42,248 nt of DNA from a virus: the IMG/VR virus record IMGVR_UViG_3300045988_085462, positions 1 to 42,248 of that record. The stretch is one strand, 5' to 3'. The position numbers were made by a program, and so were the translations under genes. Every line of letters begins with the position of its first letter. The first letter of the stretch is position 1. The notes under the pieces are model-generated. The model saw only the letters and a list, made by a program, of their open reading frames with translations. It searched no databases and had not been told where the DNA came from. Shown here one piece after another: positions 5,470 through 15,243 of the stretch.

Positions 5470-7737
5470 TCAGTTAATAGTTCTCCAAACACCCCCGAAT
5501 CCTGATTCAACGCATATCCACCCAATTGGTTCAGATTTGCCACACGCATCATTGTATAGTATAGTTCCTCTGTCCCAAAAGTATTGTTTGTCTTTCGGAT
5601 ATGATGTTACTGGGGGATGTATTTCAATTCTTTTGTTTTTTAATGTAGAACTCGTAAAATTATTGCAGAAGTTATTTTTGCCAGCAAGAAGAACATTGGC
5701 ATTTTCGCTTCCAGAGCTTTCAACCGCATATACACCATCAGCTAAAGCTATTACAGTTTCGCCATCGATAGTATGCCACGATTCTCCTTTCAAATCGAAA
5801 GTACATCCGGCTACAGCGCCTGTGGCAATTTTTACCAAGGGGTACATTCTTTCTTTCCATGGCATATAAAAACTGATATCGAGTTCGCTAAAAATTAACG
5901 AATACGCATAAATTAACGGGCTTACTGATTCTTTGCTGTGGGCTGTTATAACGCATTTTGTAAAATTGAATCTTGAAGTAATAAATCTTGAATCCAAGTC
6001 TCCGTAACCTAGTCTGAATATGCTTGTAGTGCATCTAGTAGATTCAAATTTACAAAAATTGAAAAAAATGTCGTTTGAACCTTCTTTAGACACCCATACC
6101 TGATTGAGAAAACTTTCCCAAGTGCAATTGTAAAATTCCAGTTGATTACATTGCCTATATTTGATTCCGTTCACGTCTGTATCGATTGATAGCAAAAATG
6201 ATGGACAAATCAAATTAGCATTTGTATAGTCTTTGCCAGAGTTCCAAAAATGACAATTATACCAAGAAGAATCCTGAACACCAGACATATCGAAATGAAC
6301 GCCATTTGAAATGATACTTAATCCAGAAAACTTACATAAAGCCATACCGCGTAATTTGAATAATGGACTTGAAAAGTATGTTTCTGCTTTATCTGTCATA
6401 TTATTAACGGAACGTATCGTAAAATTAGATATTTCCACCCACATGCATTGTTCGGCGTTTTCGGTATCGACAGAATCTCCTGCGCTTTCAAACATACTAA
6501 TATTTGATAAACGATACAAAACCGCTTGTCCTCTTCCAAGTCCTTTTACGGTTACTTTTGGGCGTACCTTTACTGTTGTTTTACAAATATATTCACCCGC
6601 TGGAAACATTATCACACATCCGTTTGGGTTATCACTTATTATTTTATTGGCGATAATTCCGAAATCATGTGTTTCATCTGCGCCATAGTTTTTTATGTTA
6701 TATTCTGGTGTTAAAATTCTGATAATAGGTTTATAATATGGATCATATACAGCAGGTGTGTCTTTTAACCCTATCATTTTGTATGGTTTGTCGAAAAAAG
6801 CATTTGGTAAAACAACCTTAATTTTTGAAGTCAACGGGTTTTCAATTTTATATAGAAAATCTACACAAGGGAATTGTATTGAACGTAATATAAATTTATT
6901 ATCTTCATCAAATTCAGCAACATATACGACATTTGTTCTGGTAAGCGTATTGGGATTAGAATTATCAGAAAAGGCAAACCAAAATTCATCTCCTAATTTT
7001 GCCGCAATATAACCTGTAATTGAATTGTCATCGCTTTTTTTTACATTTCCATTATCATCGATAATGGCATTTGGTGTTACATCATCGTTATCTAGCAGAT
7101 TATTAGGATATTGGGTGTATAGCACATCATTCTTTATATCGCTTAAATCTTCCTTTAGCTGACCTTCCACCCCCTTTGCTCTTTCGCTCTCCGCATTGAC
7201 CGCTTCTCCCACCTTTGCCGCATCCGCAGCCTTGCCGGAGAGGGAGAGGGTGGGGTCGATGGTATTTTTGAGCTCTTCAACCGCCTGGATCGCCTGCGTC
7301 CACGACTCATTAGAGACCTGCGTGATATAAAAAAAGCTCTGGATCTCTGCGGTGCTGTCATAGCGGTCGTTTTTGCAGTCGCACTCGATAGGCCAGCTCT
7401 TGAGCATATAGCCTTTTCCGGTCGTCACGCAGAGCACGATGCTCACATGGCCCGGCACCTGCAGTGCCTGACGTGCGATCTCGCAGGTGACAACGTTGCC
7501 GGACACGGCACAAGCTGCCCGCTTGCCTGCGCCATCGTTGATGGTATCGTACCAGCCCTGATTCTGGGGGCCGAAGCCACGGTACATGATGCTGTAGCTC
7601 GCCCCTGCAGGCGCAGTATACGCCTTTCCGTTTTCGTACAACGTCGCCTGAAAAAAACGGCTCTGGCTGTCGTTCTCCACCGCGCTGATGTGCTGCGGCA
7701 GACCGGGATTATCAAAGTCAATCCTGATTTTCTGCAT
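5470..7737 (-). CDS. Tail fibre / tailspike: BppU-like N-terminal anchor, conserved fibre junction, pectate-lyase-like beta-helix C-terminal part
   Basis: 755 aa. N-terminus ENDSQSRFFQATLYENGKAYTAPAG is BppU_N-like. SLSGKAADAAKVGEAV is a fibre junction motif. NIKNYGADETHDFGIIANKI..VIMFPAGEYICKTTVKV resembles the start of pectate_lyase_3 tailspike domains. Confidence 0.75.
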   Translation of the reverse strand: MQKIRIDFDNPGLPQHISAVENDSQSRFFQATLYENGKAYTAPAGASYSIMYRGFGPQNQGWYDTINDGAGKRAACAVSGNVVTCEIARQALQVPGHVSIVLCVTTGKGYMLKSWPIECDCKNDRYDSTAEIQSFFYITQVSNESWTQAIQAVEELKNTIDPTLSLSGKAADAAKVGEAVNAESERAKGVEGQLKEDLSDIKNDVLYTQYPNNLLDNDDVTPNAIIDDNGNVKKSDDNSITGYIAAKLGDEFWFAFSDNSNPNTLTRTNVVYVAEFDEDNKFILRSIQFPCVDFLYKIENPLTSKIKVVLPNAFFDKPYKMIGLKDTPAVYDPYYKPIIRILTPEYNIKNYGADETHDFGIIANKIISDNPNGCVIMFPAGEYICKTTVKVRPKVTVKGLGRGQAVLYRLSNISMFESAGDSVDTENAEQCMWVEISNFTIRSVNNMTDKAETYFSSPLFKLRGMALCKFSGLSIISNGVHFDMSGVQDSSWYNCHFWNSGKDYTNANLICPSFLLSIDTDVNGIKYRQCNQLEFYNCTWESFLNQVWVSKEGSNDIFFNFCKFESTRCTTSIFRLGYGDLDSRFITSRFNFTKCVITAHSKESVSPLIYAYSLIFSELDISFYMPWKERMYPLVKIATGAVAGCTFDLKGESWHTIDGETVIALADGVYAVESSGSENANVLLAGKNNFCNNFTSSTLKNKRIEIHPPVTSYPKDKQYFWDRGTILYNDACGKSEPIGWICVESGFGGVWRTIN

Positions 7738-7954
7738 TTGCTTCCTCGCTTTCCTCCGGCAGCGGGCTAAAAATCAAATTTTGCCCGTCCCAGATATAGT
7801 CGTTGCCGCCGTTGCTGTTGGCTGGAAAATCCTCAAAAAGCATCTGATCCGGCGGCAGCGTTTTGGGAATGACGCTTTTCAGCGTCCAGCCACCGTTTTT
7901 GATGCGCCCGTCCGGGCACACGGTGCACTGGTATAAGTAACCATCTTTTTTCAC
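7718..7954 (-). CDS. Hypothetical small tail-associated protein (78 aa, GTG start)
   Basis: AAGGAGGTG RBS then GTG at 7954 (VKKDGYLYQCTV..). The longer track ORF would overlap the Tal gene. Confidence 0.55.
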   Translation of the reverse strand: MKKDGYLYQCTVCPDGRIKNGGWTLKSVIPKTLPPDQMLFEDFPANSNGGNDYIWDGQNLIFSPLPEESEEANAENQD

Positions 7955-7967
7955 AATAGCCACCTCC

Positions 7968-9587
7968 TTACAAAAAACCAAAAAGCTCTTGTGGTACGCA
8001 TACAGCGTTGTTAGTTGCCCATCCATCAGATGTTGGCGTCTCCAGATCCAGATTAGTCCAAACAACACCGGTGACCGAGCTGTATCGAGAGGTGCGCTCT
8101 TTTCCGGGCCCGAACACGATTTTATCTTGATGAACCGTTATGTTTCGAAAATGTGGGGTGTTCCACGCATACATAAGCGTGTAAGTCTTTCCGTTCACCG
8201 GTATTATGCTGGATACTCTGCCGCCGCTTCCTCCACCGGCAAACCATGTTGCGCCCTTTGTGCTTTCGTAGGTGATCAGGATAGCGGAGTAACCGGTAAG
8301 ATCCACAGAATAGGTTTGTTTCTCAAAGCTTTTGAGCGGTTCACCGGTCTCTTCGTTTTGCCAGCTGTGGATAACCAGCTTGTTTTTGACCCCGTTAAAT
8401 TCCAGTCCTTTTTCGTTGATCGTGTAATTAAAGCTTCCGGGCCCGAACTGGATGCCGCCATCGTCCGTTTCGCCAATGTAGTCTGTTGCCACACGGCTTG
8501 CGTCAACAGCGCGGTCATTCGTGGTGCTCATGCGGTTGCGGTCTTTCACGGTGGTTCTTGCAAGCTTTTCGCTTGCCTTGCCGACATAGATCGAGACATA
8601 CCGGTCGTGCACCACGTCATAATCCGTTTTTGTCACTCTGGCCAGCACATTCACGCCAAGGCGCAGGTAACGCACTTCTACGGTATCGCCGCGCATGATG
8701 ATCTTGTTCTTCTGGTCTTTGTACTCTACCGTTTTTTCCAGCTGCACATAGCTTACGGTCAGGCTCGGCTCTATTTTGCCGATCTGGTTCTTGGACAAAA
8801 AGTCAGCAGTCGCTTTCCGCATACTGGCATCAGAGGGTGCTTTTTGGAAGTAGCTGCTCAAGTCCAGCGGGTAAATTTTCTTGTATCCCTCGATCTCAGA
8901 TGCCTTTATGGGGTCCAGCGCGTAAAACTTGCCCTTCTGCGCGTTTGCCCAGTACGGATAGACGTGGGTGTACACGTTGTCGATGTTCTTTTCCTGCGTG
9001 ACGTCCACCAGATTCAGACCGTATGCAATGACTGCGCCCCGGTTTACCTCTTCTTTAAGCCGCAGCGTGCACTTTAAGCCGTCAAACTCCCAGTAGCCAA
9101 GGTAGGTGTCTGCAATGCTGCTGCCGTTGTTAGAAAGCATCGCAGCGCGCAAAGTTATGGGTTTTGTAACAGAAAACGCGGTCTCGTTGTCGTAATCTGC
9201 AGAGATCTCAAACTTGCAATCTCCCACAATGTTTTCGTTCAGCTTCTGGATCGTTTCTTTAAGTGTTTTTGCAGTAAACGGTTTCACGATGCAGTTGCCG
9301 AGGTCATACGAGATATGGTGCGCCGAAATCTGAAACCGCCCATTCATCGGGCGGCTGATGCGATAGATGCGGAACAGCTGCCGGTTTTCGTAACTGGAAG
9401 GCCGTGCGCTGATGATACGCCGCTCCAAAAGATCCTCCGCATGGATGCCGGTTACCGGGTACTGCAAGGTCAGGTCATACGTTCCGTTTTCCTCGCAGCT
9501 GACAGTACACTCCAGCGCATCAGAAAGTGTTCCAAAGCCGTAGTTTTCCGCCGAAAGCACATTTTCATCGTGTAAAACAGGTTTCAT
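7968..9587 (-). CDS. Tail-associated lysin-like / prophage tail endopeptidase-family protein (Tal)
   Basis: Sits after Dit. The ATG at 9587 overlaps the Dit stop as ATGA. The N-terminal ~350 aa pattern (LTLQYPV.G..A..L....II.A.P, LFRIYRI, VYPYW) is typical of siphovirus Prophage_tail proteins. Confidence 0.75.
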   Translation of the reverse strand: MKPVLHDENVLSAENYGFGTLSDALECTVSCEENGTYDLTLQYPVTGIHAEDLLERRIISARPSSYENRQLFRIYRISRPMNGRFQISAHHISYDLGNCIVKPFTAKTLKETIQKLNENIVGDCKFEISADYDNETAFSVTKPITLRAAMLSNNGSSIADTYLGYWEFDGLKCTLRLKEEVNRGAVIAYGLNLVDVTQEKNIDNVYTHVYPYWANAQKGKFYALDPIKASEIEGYKKIYPLDLSSYFQKAPSDASMRKATADFLSKNQIGKIEPSLTVSYVQLEKTVEYKDQKNKIIMRGDTVEVRYLRLGVNVLARVTKTDYDVVHDRYVSIYVGKASEKLARTTVKDRNRMSTTNDRAVDASRVATDYIGETDDGGIQFGPGSFNYTINEKGLEFNGVKNKLVIHSWQNEETGEPLKSFEKQTYSVDLTGYSAILITYESTKGATWFAGGGSGGRVSSIIPVNGKTYTLMYAWNTPHFRNITVHQDKIVFGPGKERTSRYSSVTGVVWTNLDLETPTSDGWATNNAVCVPQELFGFL

Positions 9588-10297
9588 AACGTCCACCACC
9601 TTGGCATGATCTTCACGTTCTGGATACCGCCGCTCCACTGGACAAGGTTTTCACCCGCTGCCAGCTCCGGCCAGATGCCGCCGGTCACCGGGTTTGCATT
9701 GGTGCCGTCCTCCAGCCATGCGTTCCACGTTTCCGCGTCACAACACACGGCTTTACCGGCAGGCGGTTTCATGCCAAACGCTTTTCCGTTTATCAGCAGT
9801 TCGCCTTCCTGTCCGTTTCCGGTCACCTCAAAATAGGGCAGTGCCACCTGATCCAGCGGGTTCAGCAGTACCTGACCGTTCGTCATGCCCTGCAGCTCCT
9901 GCCCGGACCACAAAAAATGACGTGGGTCACAGTCAAACTCCACCGTAAACCGGCCGTATTTGTCCAGAATATTGCTGGTATCGCCCATCTTTGCAATGCC
10001 GCGATAAAAATACTCCGGGTCGTATCCGTCCGAGAGGGGATACGCACCCGGTGTACCGCAAAGCCACGCCTTAATGCTGCGCAGCTGCTCCGGGGTAGGG
10101 TTTCTGCCGTGGAAATACAGCTGATACGACACCGTGATGTTTTCGTACTGCCCCTGATCCCCGTGCAGCTTGCCGTTCCGGCCTGCAACCTCGTACTCCT
10201 CGTACTTGCGGTTCGGGGTCGGGATGCTGGGTTTGTGCTCGATATGGCAGCAGTACTCGGTGCTGCTGTGCCCGTTAAAATACAGGTACTTCTCCAC
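9584..10297 (-). CDS. Distal tail protein (Dit, Sipho_tail family)
   Basis: GTG start preceded by GGAGG. Immediately downstream of the tape measure gene. YFNGHSS..EYEVAGRNG pattern. Confidence 0.75.
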   Translation of the reverse strand: MEKYLYFNGHSSTEYCCHIEHKPSIPTPNRKYEEYEVAGRNGKLHGDQGQYENITVSYQLYFHGRNPTPEQLRSIKAWLCGTPGAYPLSDGYDPEYFYRGIAKMGDTSNILDKYGRFTVEFDCDPRHFLWSGQELQGMTNGQVLLNPLDQVALPYFEVTGNGQEGELLINGKAFGMKPPAGKAVCCDAETWNAWLEDGTNANPVTGGIWPELAAGENLVQWSGGIQNVKIMPRWWTL

Positions 10298-13200
10298 TGG
10301 CTGCCGCCTCCTCGTTGATCATCTGTGTAAGTCGTGTAATGGTGTACTGGGCAAAGCGCTCCTCGTCCATGCCCTCAGAGGGATACACATTGACGTTAAT
10401 GCCGCCCATGCTCACCTTGCGGGAGTTGGTAGCCACTTGCGCAAAGCCGTTTGCACTGCCCACATCGTACTGCAACTGCATTTTCAGCTTTCCGCCAAGG
10501 TCTTCGGCAGCCTCCTGCAGCAGGTAAGCGTTGTCGCGGATGCCGTCCGCCATGCCTTGGATCATATCAGGCATCCACTTCTCGTATTCCCGCAAGGGCC
10601 CTTCGTCTGGGCGCGAAAAATGCAAAAATCCCTTTATAATGCCGCCGATCCATGAAACAGCCTTAGCGATAATACCGCCACCGCTTGTAATTCCGCTGGC
10701 AAGTCCAGATACAAGATCTGCGCCCCAGCTTCCGGCTTCAGTGCTGATGGACGTTCCGAGCAATTTTCCCGCGATGCCAAATATTCCACCGGCAAGTGCG
10801 CCCGCCCAGTTTCCGGTCAGCTGAAAGCCCTGTGCAGCACCGGTCAGGCCACTGATAAGCGTTCCCGGGACGTCGATGTTCTCCAAAAAACTGTCACTTG
10901 CGCGGTAGCCCTGCGCCAAATCGCTGAACCACTGCCCCAGAGGGCTTTTTGTCAGGTTGCTTGCAACCTTTTCCAGCCCGCCCAGCTTAGTATCCAGATC
11001 CAGCACGAACTTAGAGAAGCCGCCTAGAGTGCCCTCAGTGTATTTGATGCTGGTGTTCAGGTCGGTAACCTTTTCGTTAACGTCCGTTACAATGCCGTTG
11101 GTGTAAGTGGTGGTGCGCTCTACGGTCTGTTCCTGACCCTCCACGATGCGCTTATAGCAGTCTGTAACTACCTTTGTGGCAGATACAACAGTATCCTCCA
11201 GCTCGCCGGTCTCAGCGTTAAGCACTTTCTTGGTTTCGGTAGAGGTCTTGGCAGTCCGGCTGACGTAGCCAATAGCTTCGTCTATCTCCGCCTGCGCCGC
11301 CGTCAGGGTCTCCGCACGGGTATGGACGGACTTTTTAGCGACTTCATCTGCGATGGAACTTGTCACCTTTTCAGAAGTCACAACGCCATCGGTCAGGGTC
11401 TGCACCCGCTTGAACTGCGTTTCAACGCTGTTCACCATTTCCGTCCAGCTGTCCGTGATGGTCTGGACAGTTTGGGTCGTGGTGCCCTTCAGCTTCTTGG
11501 TCGTGCCATCATAGACGTTGTAAGTATTGTCAGCCGTTTCCACTGTGCGACTGATCGCGCCCACAATGTTTTCCGTGCCCTGCAAAAGCTGCTTGGAGGT
11601 GTTGGTAACGGATTTCGCCAGCTTTTTGGTGTCCTGAGCTGCCTTTTTGGTGGAGCTTTTTTTTCTGGAATTGCCGCCAGAGCTGCCACCACCGCCGCCA
11701 GAGCCATCGTATTGGGAAACAACAGTTTCCGGTTCAGTGGTTTGCTTTTTCTGACGTCCCGCGCCGCCACCGGAGGTTTTGCCGCCGCCCATACCGCTGA
11801 AATTTGCGGTTTTCATGCCGTTGATGAAGCCGTTGACGATGCCGCTGGAAATATTCCAGCCAACTTCGAGCCAGTTTGTGGTCAAAATGCCGCTTGCTGC
11901 CTTGGCTGCAAGCGTTTTTGCGGCATCCCACATATCTTGTCCAAGGCTGAGCACGCCGCGTACCATTTCGCCGGTAAGCTCCGCACCGGACGCAAGGATA
12001 TCTGGGAATTTTTCAGCGACACCGCCAATAAAGCTGCCGGTGATGGTCACAGCACTTTCCAGAAGCTTCGGGGCATTCTGCACAACACCGGATGCAAGGT
12101 TTTCGGCGATATCTAGCCCGGTATCCAGCACGCCGTCCATGTTGTTGACGGCGTAATCCGTAAAACTGTCGATAGCTTCGCCCGCCAGCACGCCGCCGGT
12201 CTCCACCATGCTTGAAACGCCGCCGGTCTGCAAAGAATCCGTCAGCTCCTGCACCCAGCCGGTGGCAACGTTGACAAGTTCTCCCTCGGTAGACGCAAGC
12301 CCTTCTGTCAGTGCTCCCGCAAGCTGGGTGGCGTTGTCCTTCAGGGTGGAAATTCTGCCGTCCAGCGTCTGGCTCTGGGTCTCCATTGCGCCGAAATACC
12401 GCCCGCCCTCTTCAGATGCAGACAAAAGCGCATTGGTCAGCAGGTCATAGCTGATCTTCATTTTCTGCACATCTTCGGTGGACTTCCCGGTATAATCGGC
12501 AAGGATGCCGTACACATCAATGCCGGCATAAGCAAACTGCTTGATATCGGCGCTGGTCGCCTTGCCTGCGTTTTTGATCTGCTGCAGGTTCTGCGCCATA
12601 CGGCTCAATTCGTCATTGCCGCCGCCGGTCGCCTTTACGGCATCACCCAGCGCCATGATTATATTACGCGCAGATTTTGCATCCTCGCCGGTGGAAATAA
12701 GGTACTGGTTTGCCTTTACAAGCCCTGCGGTGTCAAAAGGAGTTTTGGCAGCGTCCTGTTTTATCTGGTTAAGCGCAGATTCTGCTTTATCCGCGCTGCC
12801 CAGCATATTCGTGAACGCAACCGTGTACTGCTCCATCTGGGAGTTATAGTCAACGCCGGTGCTGATCGCAGATTTTCCGGCATCAACGACCGCAGAGCCT
12901 ACTTTTTCCAGCGCGGTAGCAACGAGGTTTCCTTTTGTCACTGCACCGGCTATGCCGTCAAAGATTCCGGCTTGGTTAGCATTCCCAAAATTTTGGACGT
13001 TTTCCGTCGCATCATCGGCTTTAGATGCAAACTCCCCAAGTCCGTTTTCAGCATCACGCAGACGGCTTTTTAAGCTTTCCAGCTCTGCATTGGTCTTATA
13101 GACCGCAGTCCGGTAAGCCGATGCCTGTGTGCTGGCGCTGCCATATTTTTCAGTGGCCTGCAGCAGCATACCCTTCTGGGCGTTCAAAGCATCCGTCTGT

Positions 13201-13397
13201 GCAGCGATCTGCTTGCGCAGCACCGCCGCCACCGAGGATGCGCGCTGTTCTGCGGAGGTGTTCTCGTCCATAGACGCCGTGGTAGACTTCAGCTCAGCGG
13301 CATACTCTTTCTGCCGGGCAATGATGTTTTGCATCTGCTGCCGGTATTCTTTTTCGCCCTCAACGCTTATTTTGGGGCCAATATCCGTTTTTGCCAT
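10275..13397 (-). CDS. Tape measure protein
   Basis: 1040 aa, Ala/Gly/Thr-rich and helical, in the position after the G/GT chaperones. GGAGGTG RBS. Confidence 0.9.
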   Translation of the reverse strand: MAKTDIGPKISVEGEKEYRQQMQNIIARQKEYAAELKSTTASMDENTSAEQRASSVAAVLRKQIAAQTDALNAQKGMLLQATEKYGSASTQASAYRTAVYKTNAELESLKSRLRDAENGLGEFASKADDATENVQNFGNANQAGIFDGIAGAVTKGNLVATALEKVGSAVVDAGKSAISTGVDYNSQMEQYTVAFTNMLGSADKAESALNQIKQDAAKTPFDTAGLVKANQYLISTGEDAKSARNIIMALGDAVKATGGGNDELSRMAQNLQQIKNAGKATSADIKQFAYAGIDVYGILADYTGKSTEDVQKMKISYDLLTNALLSASEEGGRYFGAMETQSQTLDGRISTLKDNATQLAGALTEGLASTEGELVNVATGWVQELTDSLQTGGVSSMVETGGVLAGEAIDSFTDYAVNNMDGVLDTGLDIAENLASGVVQNAPKLLESAVTITGSFIGGVAEKFPDILASGAELTGEMVRGVLSLGQDMWDAAKTLAAKAASGILTTNWLEVGWNISSGIVNGFINGMKTANFSGMGGGKTSGGGAGRQKKQTTEPETVVSQYDGSGGGGGSSGGNSRKKSSTKKAAQDTKKLAKSVTNTSKQLLQGTENIVGAISRTVETADNTYNVYDGTTKKLKGTTTQTVQTITDSWTEMVNSVETQFKRVQTLTDGVVTSEKVTSSIADEVAKKSVHTRAETLTAAQAEIDEAIGYVSRTAKTSTETKKVLNAETGELEDTVVSATKVVTDCYKRIVEGQEQTVERTTTYTNGIVTDVNEKVTDLNTSIKYTEGTLGGFSKFVLDLDTKLGGLEKVASNLTKSPLGQWFSDLAQGYRASDSFLENIDVPGTLISGLTGAAQGFQLTGNWAGALAGGIFGIAGKLLGTSISTEAGSWGADLVSGLASGITSGGGIIAKAVSWIGGIIKGFLHFSRPDEGPLREYEKWMPDMIQGMADGIRDNAYLLQEAAEDLGGKLKMQLQYDVGSANGFAQVATNSRKVSMGGINVNVYPSEGMDEERFAQYTITRLTQMINEEAAASGEVPVF

Positions 13398-13409
13398 GCG
13401 TTCACCTCC

Positions 13410-14023
13410 TTACCGTATTTTTTCCAGATCGTCCACGGTGGCGTAGAGCTTCTGGTTTGCGCCGTTTTCTATTTGCATACACGCCATATAATCCAACATA
13501 CGGCCCACCGGGCACGAATGCACCTGATGCTCATTCATGCCCAGTTTGCGGCCGTAAAACAGGAACCACGTTCTGTTAAGCTGTATCACATGGCGCTTTC
13601 CGCGTTTTTTGCGCTGTTGTCCGGTTCAGCCTCCACCTCGCGGCCGGAACCGCGCGCAATTGCGGTAACGCAGTCGTTCCACAGTGCGCGGCACTCTGCC
13701 CACGTCATGCTCTTTTCCAGTTCCGCAGCAGCAGGGAAGTCCGGCAGGCTCTGCGCCATATCCTGAAACTCCTTGTCGTTGGATTCTGCCGCCATCTCCC
13801 GCACATAGTCCCGGCCTGCATCCGCAAGCACGGGCGCAATGGTCAGTGCCGCCTTTGCAAGGTCGGCAACGCGGCCGGTTTTTGCGGCTTCTTTGGCAAC
13901 GCCAAAGATATTGTCCACAGAGCCGTAGGTGCCCTCCAGCACGGAAAGTGCCTTGATGGTCATGCACATGGGGTACTCATCATCCTTGACGTTCGCGAAT
14001 ACGATGTACTTGTCCTCGATCAT
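13410..14023 (-). CDS. Tail assembly chaperone G (13586..14023) and the GT fusion made by -1 frameshift at 13604..13610 (extends to the TAA at 13410)
   Basis: The zero-frame heptamer A-AAA-AAC sits 8 codons before the G stop codon. The -1 frame stays open for 64 further codons (..WFLFYGRKLGMNEHQVHSCPVGRMLDYMACMQIENG..) and ends just before the TMP RBS. Confidence 0.8.
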
Positions 14024-14622
14024 GCTGCACCTCCCAGTGCCTTCTTGATAAACGCAACCGCTGCTGCCTCGGTGTCAAACTCCTTCTTGGGGATGATCTT
14101 CCACCGGTTCATGGCGCTGTCATCACGCATGATGCTGAAGTCCAGATCCTGGGTCTGCCAATCGATCTGCTCACCCTGCGTCTCGGCATCGTCCTTGGGC
14201 ACCTTAAAGCGGATCTTGCACAGGACGATTGCCTTCCACATACTCTTGCCGTCCTTCTGCACCTTCTTGACTGCGCCCAGCCCCAGATAAGGCGGCTCCA
14301 TAGATGCGCCGTACTCGTAGGTCTCCACTGCGGTGCCCTCGTCCGGCGTTACGGAGTTGCCGGCTTTCAAGCCCATGATAAAGGCTTCTTCCTCTGCGGT
14401 CAGGCCGTCCACGGTGCAGGTGCCGCTGCCATCGGTGAAGGCAGAGCCTGTCTCGGTTTCTGCCAGCCGGTCATCGGCGTAAAACTTGTTGTCATCACTG
14501 GTGGAAATATCGGTGCTCATGCTCACCGAGCGCCCCAGCTTGCGCACGCCGCTGTAAGTCACGGTGCCGCCATCGGAAGCGTAAGTAGCAATATGCACAT
14601 TGGAAAAACCAGTAGTTACCAT
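14020..14622 (-). CDS. Major tail protein
   Basis: AAAGGAG RBS then ATG at 14622 (MVTTGFSNVHIATY). Position and pattern are consistent with a phi13/TP901-type MTP. Confidence 0.75.
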   Translation of the reverse strand: MVTTGFSNVHIATYASDGGTVTYSGVRKLGRSVSMSTDISTSDDNKFYADDRLAETETGSAFTDGSGTCTVDGLTAEEEAFIMGLKAGNSVTPDEGTAVETYEYGASMEPPYLGLGAVKKVQKDGKSMWKAIVLCKIRFKVPKDDAETQGEQIDWQTQDLDFSIMRDDSAMNRWKIIPKKEFDTEAAAVAFIKKALGGAA

Positions 14623-14647
14623 GTGTTTTCTCCTTTCATACAAAAAA

Positions 14648-14674
14648 GCAGGGTGTCCACAGTGGACACCCTGC
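14648..14674 (-). terminator. Hairpin or terminator containing the 19-bp palindrome GGTGTCCACAGTGGACACC (copy 1 of 3)
   Basis: GCAGGGTGTCCAC-A-GTGGACACCCTGC. On the minus strand it is followed by TTTTTTG, between the head-tail genes and the MTP gene. Confidence 0.65.
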
Positions 14675-14679
14675 GCAGG

Positions 14680-15243
14680 TTATTTGTCGATCGTTTCTTT
14701 TATCTTTTTTTCAACAGCCTGCCCCATGGCAGCCTCCGTTTCTTTTCGTCCTTTTCGGACGGAAGGAGCAACAAACGGAGTTGCCACCCAAACGCTTGTT
14801 CCGCCTTCTACGCAGCGGGCAATCAGCGCATTCGGCTGTCCATTCGGATGCCCTTTGGTCTGGATGCTGTTGTATCCGTTGAAGCCAAGCTTTGTATTCC
14901 ACGCATAATTTTCATGGCTGAATTTTGCAATGCCGAACCCTTTTTTCAGGTCATCAGCCTGCTGCTGGCTTAATCCGTTCATGGGCGGTCCATTGGGGTG
15001 GGCATAATACTGCTCCTGCCCGGATGGCAGGCTGTGAATCGGAATCGTGTCAACGGCAGCTTTAATTTTGTCACCCATGACTTTTGCGCCGGCATAAACG
15101 CCAGCTTTGCATACATCATCGGTGCTTTGGTTCAGCTTCTGAAGCTCTTTCATGTAAGCATCCAGCCCTTTTGCTTCGATCCTAGCTACAGCCAAACACC
15201 TCCCACCGCCAGCGGTAATGCCAGATTTTTGTATCAGCTTCAT
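14680..15243 (-). CDS. HK97 gp10-family head-tail component (start uncertain: ATG 15243 or TTG 15195)
   Basis: ARIEAKGLDAYMKELQKL matches the gp10-family N-terminal pattern (..I.G..el...l..l). Confidence 0.65.
   Translation of the reverse strand: MKLIQKSGITAGGGRCLAVARIEAKGLDAYMKELQKLNQSTDDVCKAGVYAGAKVMGDKIKAAVDTIPIHSLPSGQEQYYAHPNGPPMNGLSQQQADDLKKGFGIAKFSHENYAWNTKLGFNGYNSIQTKGHPNGQPNALIARCVEGGTSVWVATPFVAPSVRKGRKETEAAMGQAVEKKIKETIDK

Noticed and set aside
5470-9587. Diversity-generating retroelement or invertible host-range cassette at the tail-fibre locus
   Set aside because: No reverse transcriptase gene, no template/variable repeat pair and no inverted alternative fibre exon were visible. 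The low-GC segment is simply the 3' part of one continuous ORF.
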